Shown piece by piece: positions 26,257 to 35,154 of a DNA stretch of 64,000 nucleotides. The notes under the pieces are model-generated. The model saw only the letters and a list, made by a program, of their open reading frames with translations. It was not told the DNA's origin and did not search any database. Positions within the stretch are counted from its first letter, which is position 1. Every line of letters starts with the position of its first letter. The DNA is from an uncultured delta proteobacterium (GTDB lineage Bacteria; Desulfobacterota; Desulfobacteria; Desulfobacterales; B30-G6), in assembly GCA_963823335.1 (NCBI GenBank), contig CAWGLD010000005.1, positions 366,091-430,090 of the forward strand, written 5' to 3'. The position numbers were made by a program, and so were the translations under genes.

Positions 26257-27940
26257 ATGCCAGTAACATTTCGGTGATCGGAGCTCCGGCCGGAACCATG
26301 GGATAGACACACTCCTCTTTTGCCACCACGAAATCCATGATGACGGTACGGGGGGACGACAGCCCTTTTTCCAGAACCGGTATGACCTCCTCGGGTTTTG
26401 TGGCCCGTAGACCGAGGGCACCGTATGCCTCTGCAAGCTTGACAAAATCCGGGCCACAGCTCATGCAGGTGCTGGCATACCGTTTGTCGTAAAACAGTTC
26501 CTGCCATTGTCTTACCATGCCGAGATAACCGTTGTTTAAAATAACGATTTTGACAGGCAGCTCGTACTGCAAGGCGGTGGCCATTTCCTGTATATTCATC
26601 TGGATGCTTCCATCCCCGGCGACATCCACCACGGTTTTGTCCGGTCTGGCAATTTGGGCGCCTATGGCTGCAGGAAGGCCAAAACCCATACACCCCAGTC
26701 CTCCGGAGGTGATGAAATGGTTGGGTTTGTCAAAATGATAATACTGTGCCGCCCACATCTGGTTCTGGCCAACCTCGGTGGTGATGATGGCCTCACCCCG
26801 GGTCAATTCATACAATTTTTCCACAACATACTGGGGCTTGATGATATCGGTCTGTTTATACGCAAGCGTGTTCTGCTCTTTCCAGATCTGTATCTGATCC
26901 ATCCAGGGTTTGCGTTTGTCCTCCAGGCCGGCTTTGTCCAGGGGTTTGACGAGCGTGTTCAGGCTTTCCAGGGTGCTGCGGCAATCCCCGACAATGGGGA
27001 TGGTAACCGGGACATTTTTACGTATCGAAGTAGGGTCGATATCCACATGAACGATCTTGGCCTGAGCGGCGAAAGCATCGGTTTTGCCGGTGACGCGGTC
27101 ATCGAACCTTACCCCGATCCCGATGAGGAGATCACAGAAACTCGTGGACATGTTGGCACGATACGTGCCATGCATGCCGATCATACCCAGCCACAAGGGA
27201 TCGGAGCCTGGAAAACCGCCCAGCCCCATGAGTGACCCCGTCACGGGAATTCGCATGGTTCTGGCAAGTTTTGTCAGTTCTTTGGAAGCCCCGGAAAGAA
27301 TAATTCCACCGCCTGCGAAAATAACCGGTCTTTCAGCGGAGGCAATGAGATTGACCACCTTTTTTAGCTGTTTCATGTTTGGCTTATAGGTGGGGTTGTA
27401 GGATTTGATCTTGACCTGTTGACCCGGCTCATACTGGGCTTTTGTGTTGCTCACGTTCTTAGGGATATCGATGAGCACCGGACCCGGTCTGCCGGACCTG
27501 GCCAGATAGAAAGCCTCTTTTACAACCCTGGCGAGGTCTTTCACATCCTTTACCAAAAAATTGTGTTTGGTACAGGAGCGTGTGATACCGACAATGTCAA
27601 CTTCCTGGAAGGCGTCGTTACCGATGAGGTGGGTGGGAACCTGGCCGGTGATGACCACCAGTGGTATGGAGTCCATGTGGGCGGACGCAATGCCTGTAAC
27701 GGTATTGGTCGCACCTGGTCCTGACGTGACCAGGCAAACACCGACGTTGCCGCTCGCCCTGGCATAGCCGTCTGCCGCATGAACAGCGCCCTGTTCATGA
27801 CGGACAAGAACATGTTTGATGCGGGTGTCTTCCAGTTTATCGTATATGTCGATAACCATACCGCCTGGAAATCCAAAGATAGTATCGACCTTTTCCTCTT
27901 CAAAAACCTTGATCAAAATTTGAGCGCCGGTGAGCTCCAT
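26255..27940 (-). CDS. ilvB: Acetolactate synthase large (catalytic) subunit
   Basis: ThDP enzyme motifs ('GFPGG', 'GPGATN', 'GGLGCMGFGLPAAIGA', 'GDGS..MN.QE'). ATG at 27940 has the SD 'AAAGGA' 6 nt upstream, so it is preferred over the TTG at 27958. Confidence 0.92.
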   Translation of the reverse strand: MELTGAQILIKVFEEEKVDTIFGFPGGMVIDIYDKLEDTRIKHVLVRHEQGAVHAADGYARASGNVGVCLVTSGPGATNTVTGIASAHMDSIPLVVITGQVPTHLIGNDAFQEVDIVGITRSCTKHNFLVKDVKDLARVVKEAFYLARSGRPGPVLIDIPKNVSNTKAQYEPGQQVKIKSYNPTYKPNMKQLKKVVNLIASAERPVIFAGGGIILSGASKELTKLARTMRIPVTGSLMGLGGFPGSDPLWLGMIGMHGTYRANMSTSFCDLLIGIGVRFDDRVTGKTDAFAAQAKIVHVDIDPTSIRKNVPVTIPIVGDCRSTLESLNTLVKPLDKAGLEDKRKPWMDQIQIWKEQNTLAYKQTDIIKPQYVVEKLYELTRGEAIITTEVGQNQMWAAQYYHFDKPNHFITSGGLGCMGFGLPAAIGAQIARPDKTVVDVAGDGSIQMNIQEMATALQYELPVKIVILNNGYLGMVRQWQELFYDKRYASTCMSCGPDFVKLAEAYGALGLRATKPEEVIPVLEKGLSSPRTVIMDFVVAKEECVYPMVPAGAPITEMLLA

Positions 27941-27963
27941 AATACATCCTTTCTGCAAAAAAA

Positions 27964-27996
27964 AATCCGTTACCGGCTCAGGGCTGGTAACGGATT
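27964..27996 (-). terminator. Intrinsic terminator (attenuator) immediately upstream of ilvB
   Basis: On the minus strand: AAUCCGUUACC-(11 nt)-GGUAACGGAUU, an 11-bp perfect stem followed by a U9 tract that runs into the ilvB SD. Confidence 0.7.
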
Positions 27997-28017
27997 AATT
28001 TTTCTTGATGAGTTAAT

Positions 28018-28116
28018 TTAAGCCATTAACAACCCTGTTACCCCGCCGAGGCCGATTAGACCGACGACGAGGACGAGAATGCTGATAATGAGGGTGTTAA
28101 TGGCAAAGATGTTCAT
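28018..28116 (-). CDS. ilv operon leader peptide (32 aa: MNIFAINTLIISILVLVVGLIGLGGVTGLLMA)
   Basis: Too short for the ORF track. 17 of 32 codons are Ile/Leu/Val. SD 'AAAGGA' lies 9-12 nt upstream. The stop is 21 nt before the terminator stem. Same size and composition class as E. coli ivbL/ilvL. Confidence 0.6.
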   Translation of the reverse strand: MNIFAINTLIISILVLVVGLIGLGGVTGLLMA

Positions 28117-28149
28117 CAATTTACAAAATCCTTTAAGTTATAAGACAAT

Positions 28150-28178
28150 ACAATGGCAACAAATTGTCTGGATGTCAA
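28150..28178 (-). promoter_or_regulatory. Candidate sigma70-type promoter for the ilv leader
   Basis: Minus strand: TTGACA (28178-28173), 17-nt spacer ending in TGc, then CATTGT (28155-28150). The -10 is weak. Confidence 0.35.
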
Positions 28179-28200
28179 GCATATTTTAAACCCTTAAATA

Positions 28201-28265
28201 GCCAGGCTATAGACTGTAGGCTATTAGCTGCTAATGGTCTAACAGCCTACAGTCTACAGTCTGGT
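28201..28265. repeat. Family A hairpin repeat downstream of topA
   Basis: 'ctatagactgtaggctattag' pairs with 'ctaatggtctaacagcctacagtctacag'. Confidence 0.75.
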
Positions 28266-28266
28266 C

Positions 28267-30546
28267 TTAAAGTTGCTCCGTGTATCCACACCCTTCCGTG
28301 AGGCAGGCCAGGAAGGATCCTTGTTTTTTGGTCGATTTTTGCACCAGAAATACTGTGTTGCATACCGGGCATTTTTTATTGACGGGTTTGTCCCAGGTCG
28401 CGAAATTACAATCCGGATATTTGCTGCAGCCGTAAAATATTTTGCCACGTTTGGATTGCTTTTCCACAAGCCTCCCATCACAGTCTTTTTCCGGGCAGTC
28501 GACACCGGTCTCCTTACCAGGGGTGACGGAGTTAACCGAGAAGGTATTTCTGCATTCCGGATATCCGGTACAGGCAAAAAACCTGCCGAATCGCCCGGGC
28601 TTGATAACCATGGGCTTACCGCATTTTTCGCATATCCTGTCGGACATTTCATCTTCCTCTAACTCAACCGGGTGGATATTGCCCTTCTCATCCCGGGTAT
28701 AGTCACTGGAATAGGAACACTCGGGATAACCGTTGCAGGCCAGGAAATGTCCATTCCGACCTACCTTGACTCGTAGTTCATTTTGACACAGAGGACAGGT
28801 GAGATCCGTAGAAAACCCTACACCTTTTAAATTCGGCATTCCCTCTTTTGCGGTTTCAATTTCCTGCTTGAAATGGGAGTAAAAGCGTTTGAGAACATCC
28901 TCGAGAACCAGCTCCGATGCCTCGATCTGATCTAGAAAGGTTTCCATCCTGGCCGTAAAGGTAACGTTAAAAAGATCGTCAAAACTTCCCACCAGGAGGT
29001 CGTTGACAATCATTCCGAGCTCGCTCGGTTTAAAGTAGCCCTTCACCAGATCGACATATTTCTTCACACGAATCGTTGAAAGTATCGCAGCATACGTACT
29101 GGGTCTGCCGATGCCGTTTTCTTCGAGTTCTTTTACCAGAGAAGCCTCGGAAAATCTTGGCGGCGGCGTGGTGAAGTGTTGTTTGGGACTCAATCTCTCG
29201 AGATCCAGTACCATACCCTCTGACAGTGTCGGTAATTTGTCCTTTTTCTTTTCACTTTCGGTTTGAATTTCATCGTCCACCGACATGTAAATCGCCATAA
29301 AGCCGGGAAATATAATGTTTGAGCCGGCTGTTGTGAAAAGATAAGCACCTGACCGGATACCGATGGATAGGGTGTCAATGAGGGCCGGTTTCATCTGGGA
29401 GGCAACAAAGCGATTCCATATCAGCTGATAGAGCGCATACTGATCCCTGGAAAGAAACGCTTTCAGTTTTTCTGGGGTATGCGATACAGATGTCGGTCTG
29501 ATGGCTTCGTGCGCATCCTGGGCTTTTTTCCGGTTTTTAAAGAACCGGGGTTTTCCCATACTGTATTCCGCGCCATAGGTTTCCCGAACAAAGGTCAGCG
29601 CTTCTTCGGCGGCCTCGTTGGCTATTCTTGTGGAATCCGTGCGCATGTAGGTGATAAGTCCCACAGGTTCGCCACCTTCAAGCTCGATGCCCTCGTAAAG
29701 CTGTTGTGCCAGCACCATGGTTTTTTTTGCAGAAAACCTGAGCTTTCGGATCGATTCCTGTTGTAGCTTGCTCGTGATGAAAGGCGGCAAGGGATTTCGT
29801 TTTTTGGTCTTGTTGGAAACGGATTCCACCAGGAAAGGTGTCTTTTTAAGCGTTTCCACTATAGTGGATGCTTCCGCTTCATTTCTTATCTTAATTTTCT
29901 GTTTGTCCAGTTTGGTGAGTTTGGCTTCGAAGGGCGGGGGGGTATCACCTTTCAGGAGAGCGGTAATCGACCAGTACTCTTGCGGTTCAAAAGCCTGAAT
30001 CTGCCGTTCTCTTTCACAGATTATCCGGACAGCTACCGATTGGACCCGGCCGGCACTCAATCCGCCCTTGACCTTTCGCCACAAAAGAGGGGAAATCTGA
30101 TATCCCACCAGACGGTCCAGAATCCGTCGTGCCTTTTGTGCTTCGTATTTGTTGTTATTGAGCGCTTCTGGTTTCTGAATTGCTTCAAGAATTGCATTGC
30201 GGGTCAGTTCGTGAAACAGAACCCGGTGAAATATTCTACCCTTTTTTTTCAGCACTTCTGATGCGTGGAAGGCGATAGCTTCGCCTTCTCTGTCCGGGTC
30301 GGGTGCCAGGTAGATTTCATTGGTGTCGCCAGCTGCCTTCTTGAGAGCGCTGGTCACTTTTTGTTTGCCGGGTATGAGCCGATATTGAGGTTTGAATCCA
30401 TCGTCGATATCTATTCCCAGTTCTTTCACGGGCAGATCCTTTATGTGTCCGACGGTTGCGGCAACATTGTAATCTTTACCCAGGTATTTTTTGATAGTCT
30501 TGACCTTTGTCGGTGATTCTACGACAACCAGTGGTTTTGAACTCAT
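28267..30546 (-). CDS. topA: DNA topoisomerase I
   Basis: TOPRIM 'VVVESPTK', 'LAPDPDREGE', active-site region 'ITYMRTDS', C-terminal C4 zinc-finger repeats. Confidence 0.95.
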   Translation of the reverse strand: MSSKPLVVVESPTKVKTIKKYLGKDYNVAATVGHIKDLPVKELGIDIDDGFKPQYRLIPGKQKVTSALKKAAGDTNEIYLAPDPDREGEAIAFHASEVLKKKGRIFHRVLFHELTRNAILEAIQKPEALNNNKYEAQKARRILDRLVGYQISPLLWRKVKGGLSAGRVQSVAVRIICERERQIQAFEPQEYWSITALLKGDTPPPFEAKLTKLDKQKIKIRNEAEASTIVETLKKTPFLVESVSNKTKKRNPLPPFITSKLQQESIRKLRFSAKKTMVLAQQLYEGIELEGGEPVGLITYMRTDSTRIANEAAEEALTFVRETYGAEYSMGKPRFFKNRKKAQDAHEAIRPTSVSHTPEKLKAFLSRDQYALYQLIWNRFVASQMKPALIDTLSIGIRSGAYLFTTAGSNIIFPGFMAIYMSVDDEIQTESEKKKDKLPTLSEGMVLDLERLSPKQHFTTPPPRFSEASLVKELEENGIGRPSTYAAILSTIRVKKYVDLVKGYFKPSELGMIVNDLLVGSFDDLFNVTFTARMETFLDQIEASELVLEDVLKRFYSHFKQEIETAKEGMPNLKGVGFSTDLTCPLCQNELRVKVGRNGHFLACNGYPECSYSSDYTRDEKGNIHPVELEEDEMSDRICEKCGKPMVIKPGRFGRFFACTGYPECRNTFSVNSVTPGKETGVDCPEKDCDGRLVEKQSKRGKIFYGCSKYPDCNFATWDKPVNKKCPVCNTVFLVQKSTKKQGSFLACLTEGCGYTEQL

Positions 30547-30620
30547 GGAGTCCCTCTTTTATTTTATTGTTAGTTCCTTAACTGAAAAAATTTGCATTTT
30601 GTGGCAAAAAAAATAAAAGC

Positions 30621-30730
30621 AATCACGAAAACACGAAATCTGAAAAACACGAAATTGTTCATGGTCTTTTTCGTGGTTTCGTACTTTCGTGATTTCGTGA
30701 TAAAAGATCTTTCTCTTTTCCGGTTTGGGC
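30621..30730. repeat. Family D element, full copy (CACGAAA arm / TTTCGTG arm / GATCTTTCTCTTTTCCGGTTTGGGC tail)
   Basis: Aligns with 17240-17343. Overlaps the last ~22 codons and the stop of dprA. Confidence 0.85.
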
Positions 30731-31831
30731 TTTAATATAAAACAACTTGCCGGGATCCTGTTGTACGACACCTTTCAATTCGAGGCGCAACAGGGTGCCG
30801 GACAGATCCGAAGACTCCATGCCCAGCTTTCGGATCAGATCGTCAATGTGAAGCGGATAATGTTCCAATGCACCCAGCACGGATGTTTCCAAGGGTGAAA
30901 GAGATGGCTTGGCTGCTGTAATCATATCCGCCCCATCGCTGTCTTCTGCGCCGGACGGGTCAATCCAGGCAGATATCTCTTCCATGATATCTCCGGCTTG
31001 CTCCACCAGCTTGGCCCCCTGCTTTATAAGCGTGTGGCTTCCGGTGCTTTTGAAGGAATTGACACTTCCGGGCACAGCAAAGACTTCCCTGTTTTGTTCT
31101 GCGGCCAACCGGGCAGTAATCAGTGACCCGCTGCGTAACGTCGCTTCCACAATCACGGTTCCCAGTGACAGACCACTGATGACCCTGTTGCGCATGGGGA
31201 AGTGGTGGGCTTCCGGCTCAGCGTTGAGCGGAAATTCCGATATTACCGCGCCGGTTTCAGCAATACGGTGAAAGAGTTTTTTATTTTCTCTCGGGTAAAT
31301 TCTTTCGAGCCCGCTTCCCAGGACGGCAATGGTCTTGCCGTGAGCCATCAAGGCACCTTCATGGGCGGCGGTATCGATACCGCGGGCCATACCGCTTACA
31401 ATGGTCATCCCGAGGGAGGCCAGGTCGCGACTCAGACGCTGGGTTGTGTCGCGTCCGTAATGGGTGGCATTTCGAGATCCCACGATGGATATGTTTTTTT
31501 TCGTTGCTGAAATCTGCCCATATACATACAGGCAGGGTGGGGGATCCGGTATTTCAAGCAGCAGTGCAGGGTAGTCAGTATCGGTGAGGGTCAGGATCTT
31601 GATACCCTTTTGTTGTACTTTTTCAAGTTCTTTTTTAACGGATTCAGGCAAATTATGTCGTTTGATAGCGGTGATAAGCCGGTCCGACAATCCTTCCACC
31701 TGCAACAACTCCTTGCGCGGTGCATGGATGGCGTTATCAGGGGTGTGAAAGACGTCAATCAGCCGCTTGCAAAGCAGATTGCCGACACCCGGCGTAGTTT
31801 TCAATCGAAACCATGGGAATAGATTTTCCAT
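30659..31831 (-). CDS. dprA: DNA-processing protein DprA (Smf)
   Basis: 'IVGSRNAT.YG', 'IVSGMARGIDTAAH', 'IAVLGSGL...YP.EN' Rossmann-like DprA core plus a C-terminal wHTH-like region. Confidence 0.9.
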   Translation of the reverse strand: MENLFPWFRLKTTPGVGNLLCKRLIDVFHTPDNAIHAPRKELLQVEGLSDRLITAIKRHNLPESVKKELEKVQQKGIKILTLTDTDYPALLLEIPDPPPCLYVYGQISATKKNISIVGSRNATHYGRDTTQRLSRDLASLGMTIVSGMARGIDTAAHEGALMAHGKTIAVLGSGLERIYPRENKKLFHRIAETGAVISEFPLNAEPEAHHFPMRNRVISGLSLGTVIVEATLRSGSLITARLAAEQNREVFAVPGSVNSFKSTGSHTLIKQGAKLVEQAGDIMEEISAWIDPSGAEDSDGADMITAAKPSLSPLETSVLGALEHYPLHIDDLIRKLGMESSDLSGTLLRLELKGVVQQDPGKLFYIKAQTGKEKDLLSRNHESTKPRKRP

Positions 31832-31892
31832 ATGCCGGGCGTTCCTCTTGGCGTGACAATACCCATCGGTTCGATGTTGTCACATGGGGATA

Positions 31893-32930
31893 CTACGCTC
31901 GTTGACGTTTTTGCCAGGCTAGCAGAATCGGGCTGGCCACAAAAATGGAGGAATATGTCCCGACCAGTACGCCAACAATCATGGCAAAAGCAAAATCATG
32001 AATGATACCACCGCCGAAAATGAATAAAGTGACCAGAACAATGAGGGTTGTCAGAGAGGTTAGAATGGTCCTGCCGAGTGTCTCATTGATACTTTTATTC
32101 AATATAAAATCGAGTGGTCTTTTATGATGTTTTCGGAGGTTTTCCCGTATCCTGTCAAATACGATAATGGTGTCGTTGAGGGAGTATCCAATAATTGTCA
32201 GCAATGCTGCGATAATCGGCAGGGTAAATTCTTTGCCAAAAATGGAAAATAGGCCAATGGTAATCATGACATCGTGGATCAGTGCTACAACGGCTCCCAT
32301 GGCATACTTCAGTTCCAGAAACCAGAATAGAACCAGTGTGACCAGCAACGCTGCAGCCATGAGGATCGGTATGCTGACTGAAAAGAGCTGCAGAATATAA
32401 ACGGCAAACATCAGCGCACCTGCCATGACGCCGCTGAGCATCCACTTGAGTTCGAATCTGCCGGAAATATAGATGGTAATAAAGAGTAGTGCAAAAAACA
32501 TGGCCAAGAGGGCTTTTTCTCTCAAGTCTTTTCCGACCTGGGGGCCCACCATCTCCACACGGCGTATTTCAACACTGCCGCCGGTTGCTGAATTAAGGGC
32601 TTCTTCTATTTTAAGAGACACATCTTCTGAAATGGATGCAGAGCCGTCGGTTTTGACAAGAAACTCATGGTCCGTTGCATCCCCGAACTCCTGGACAGCG
32701 GATATGCCGATAGCAAGATTGCTCAGTCCGGTTTTAATGTCCGCTATCGGTGTTGGTGCGTCAAACTTTATCTGGATGAGTGTCCCGCCGGCAAAGTCGA
32801 TGCCGTATTTGGGGCCGTGATGTATGATCAGCGAGATGATTGCCATTAGAATCATGGCCGCCGATACGACAAAGGCAATATACCTTTTTGCGATAAAGTT
32901 GATATTGATATCTGGTTTTATGAACTGCAT
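31893..32930 (-). CDS. secF: Protein translocase subunit SecF
   Basis: 'GIDFAGGT', 'GYSLNDTIVVFDRIRE', six TM segments. Confidence 0.93.
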   Translation of the reverse strand: MQFIKPDININFIAKRYIAFVVSAAMILMAIISLIIHHGPKYGIDFAGGTLIQIKFDAPTPIADIKTGLSNLAIGISAVQEFGDATDHEFLVKTDGSASISEDVSLKIEEALNSATGGSVEIRRVEMVGPQVGKDLREKALLAMFFALLFITIYISGRFELKWMLSGVMAGALMFAVYILQLFSVSIPILMAAALLVTLVLFWFLELKYAMGAVVALIHDVMITIGLFSIFGKEFTLPIIAALLTIIGYSLNDTIIVFDRIRENLRKHHKRPLDFILNKSINETLGRTILTSLTTLIVLVTLFIFGGGIIHDFAFAMIVGVLVGTYSSIFVASPILLAWQKRQRA

Positions 32931-33011
32931 GGTTGCATCCTTATATTATCGTTAACGTCACTTTCCCCTATAGTTGCAACGATAGGGATTAGATGAATCT
33001 GAACAGGAAAA

Positions 33012-34589
33012 TTAAATACTGATGCTCTTTATTTTTCGGTTGATCAGCAGGTAGTCAAAAACAAGCCGCGACAAAACAAGTGCTGTGAACAGACTTGCCA
33101 GCACCCCCAGGCTCAGTGTGACGGCAAACCCCTTTACTGGTCCTGTGCCGAATTGAAAGAGCACAAGTGCTGCGATCAGCGTGGTCACATTGGCATCCAG
33201 AATGGTGAGAGTGGCCTTACCGTAACCAGCGTCAACGGCAGCCCGGGGTGTCTTGCCTATATTCATCTCCTCACGGATACGCTCAAATATCAGCACGTTG
33301 GCATCAACGGCCATGCCGATGGTAAGGATGATACCGGCAATACCTGGCAGGGTGAGGGTTGCCTGGAAAGCAGCCAGACCGCCGGCGATGATGACGATAT
33401 TGAGCGTCAGCGCCAGATCGGCGATAATGCCCGATCCTTTATAATAAATAATCATGAACAGCATGACCAGTATGCCACCCACACACATGGACAACAAACC
33501 CTTGCGTATGGAGTCGGCGCCCAGAGAAGGACCCACGGTTCTTTCTTCAAGGATATTTACAGGCGCCGGAAGCGCGCCGGCACGCAGAGCAATGGCAAGG
33601 TCATGGGCCTCTTCCGCGGTGAATTGCCCGGTAATGCGGGCGGACCCACCCGAAATTTTTTCCTGGATGACTGGAGCCGAGTATACCTTGTCATCAAGAA
33701 CGATGGCCAGCCGTTTTTTGACGTTCTGTTCGGTAATGCTTTCAAAAATTCTGCCACCTTTCTTGTCGAACTCGATGGACACATAGGGGTCGTTATACTG
33801 TGAGTCGATTTGAACCCGTGCATCTACCAGCTGAGCGCCGGTCAAGAGGGTTCGTTTTTTCACAAGGTAAGGTGTTTTGGTGATACGGTTGGTGGCCGGG
33901 TCCTGGTTGTCCTCGTAGAGGATCTCGCTTTCAGGTGGTACACTGCCTTGCAGGGCGGCTCCGATGTCATTGGTTTCATCAAGGAGCTTGAACTCAAGGA
34001 GTGCGGTTCTCCCGATCAGCTGTTTGGCCCGTTTGGTATCTTTGATACCCGGCAGCTGGATGAGAATCCGGTTTTTACCCTGATTGCGAATGTCCGGTTC
34101 ACTTACACCGAACTGGTCAATTCTGTTGCGAATGGTTTCCAGGGCCTGATCCGTGGCAAGCTTTTTGATCTGATCTGCTTCCTGGTCGGGCAGATCCAAA
34201 ACCACCGTGAGGGTCTCATCGGTTTCTGATTCTGAACGGATGCGCATCTCCTTGAAGTCGGCATCCAGGGTTTTGTAAAATTGATCGATGGACGCTTTAC
34301 CAATGACACGGGCGGAGATCTGTGTTCCAAGAACACGATCCAGCGCCAGAACTCTCACGCGGTCTTTGCGAAGACTGGAACGAAGCTCCTGGGCGATGCG
34401 CTCAACAGCATCCTCCACAGCCTTGTTGGTATCGACTTCCAGCACCAGATGCATGCCCCCTTGGAGGTCGAGTCCAAGGTTTATCTTTTTATGAGGCCAC
34501 ACTCCCGGCCACACCGATGGCAAGACATATACGAATGCCGCCACAATAACGATGAGAACAGCTATGGGTCTCCATGAGAGTTTTTTCAA
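33012..34589 (-). CDS. secD: Protein translocase subunit SecD
   Basis: 'LGLDLQGGMHL', 'GPSLG.DSI', 'GMAVDANVLIFERIREE'. TTG start with SD 'AAAGGA'. Confidence 0.93.
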   Translation of the reverse strand: MKKLSWRPIAVLIVIVAAFVYVLPSVWPGVWPHKKINLGLDLQGGMHLVLEVDTNKAVEDAVERIAQELRSSLRKDRVRVLALDRVLGTQISARVIGKASIDQFYKTLDADFKEMRIRSESETDETLTVVLDLPDQEADQIKKLATDQALETIRNRIDQFGVSEPDIRNQGKNRILIQLPGIKDTKRAKQLIGRTALLEFKLLDETNDIGAALQGSVPPESEILYEDNQDPATNRITKTPYLVKKRTLLTGAQLVDARVQIDSQYNDPYVSIEFDKKGGRIFESITEQNVKKRLAIVLDDKVYSAPVIQEKISGGSARITGQFTAEEAHDLAIALRAGALPAPVNILEERTVGPSLGADSIRKGLLSMCVGGILVMLFMIIYYKGSGIIADLALTLNIVIIAGGLAAFQATLTLPGIAGIILTIGMAVDANVLIFERIREEMNIGKTPRAAVDAGYGKATLTILDANVTTLIAALVLFQFGTGPVKGFAVTLSLGVLASLFTALVLSRLVFDYLLINRKIKSISI

Positions 34590-34616
34590 ATCTGTTTCCT
34601 TTCAAGTTAAAATACA

Positions 34617-34646
34617 AGATTCCCGGCCGGCAATAGCAGGGAATCT
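34617..34646. other. 8-bp hairpin (AGATTCCC...GGGAATCT) in the yajC-secD spacer
   Basis: Read directly. T5 follows on the plus strand and 'TGTATTTT' follows on the minus strand. Possible intra-operon attenuating structure. Confidence 0.3.
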
Positions 34647-34749
34647 TTTTCTGCGCCATCCTTAATACACAAGCACATGTATCCGGTATCAGCGGAAAGT
34701 CCGGTCTGATTTTAAAACTGAGCTGGTGCAGTATTGTGCAACCGGAACG

Positions 34750-35142
34750 CTATTTTGATTTGTCTGGATCCGTTTTGCCTTTGTCTTTTACCTGAGGCTG
34801 GGGCTGGGGCTGTCCTGAAGGCTGGTTTAATGCACCCACATTCCCCCGGGACACCTTGACACGAACCTTGTCGGCAATTTCTACCGTCAGGGTTGTATCT
34901 GATAGACCTGTGATACGTCCATGTAAACCACCACTGGTGATGATACGATCTCCTTTTTTTAGGTTGGATATCATCTGGCGCTGTTCTTTGGCTTTCTTCT
35001 GCTGCGGGCGTATTAAAAGAAAATAAAAGATGACAAACATCAGTATGAGCGGGATGAATGTTGTAAAGCCACCACCACCGCCCTCGCCACCTGATCCGCC
35101 CGGTCCCATTGCATAGGCTATGTTTTCTGTTAAAAAGAACAA
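34750..35142 (-). CDS. yajC: Preprotein translocase subunit YajC
   Basis: 'FYFLLIRPQQKK.KE...M...L.KGD.I.T.GG..G.I'. TTG start with a strong SD 'AGGGAGG' 5 nt upstream. Gly-rich N- and Pro/Gln/Lys-rich C-extensions. Confidence 0.85.
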   Translation of the reverse strand: MFFLTENIAYAMGPGGSGGEGGGGGFTTFIPLILMFVIFYFLLIRPQQKKAKEQRQMISNLKKGDRIITSGGLHGRITGLSDTTLTVEIADKVRVKVSRGNVGALNQPSGQPQPQPQVKDKGKTDPDKSK

Positions 35143-35154
35143 GTTAACCTCCCT

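Noticed and set aside
28018-28116. Interpreting the 32-aa hydrophobic ORF as a type I toxin or small membrane protein
   Set aside because: Not excluded. However, its position between a promoter-like sequence and a terminator/antiterminator directly upstream of ilvB, together with 53% Ile/Leu/Val content, fits a BCAA leader peptide much better.
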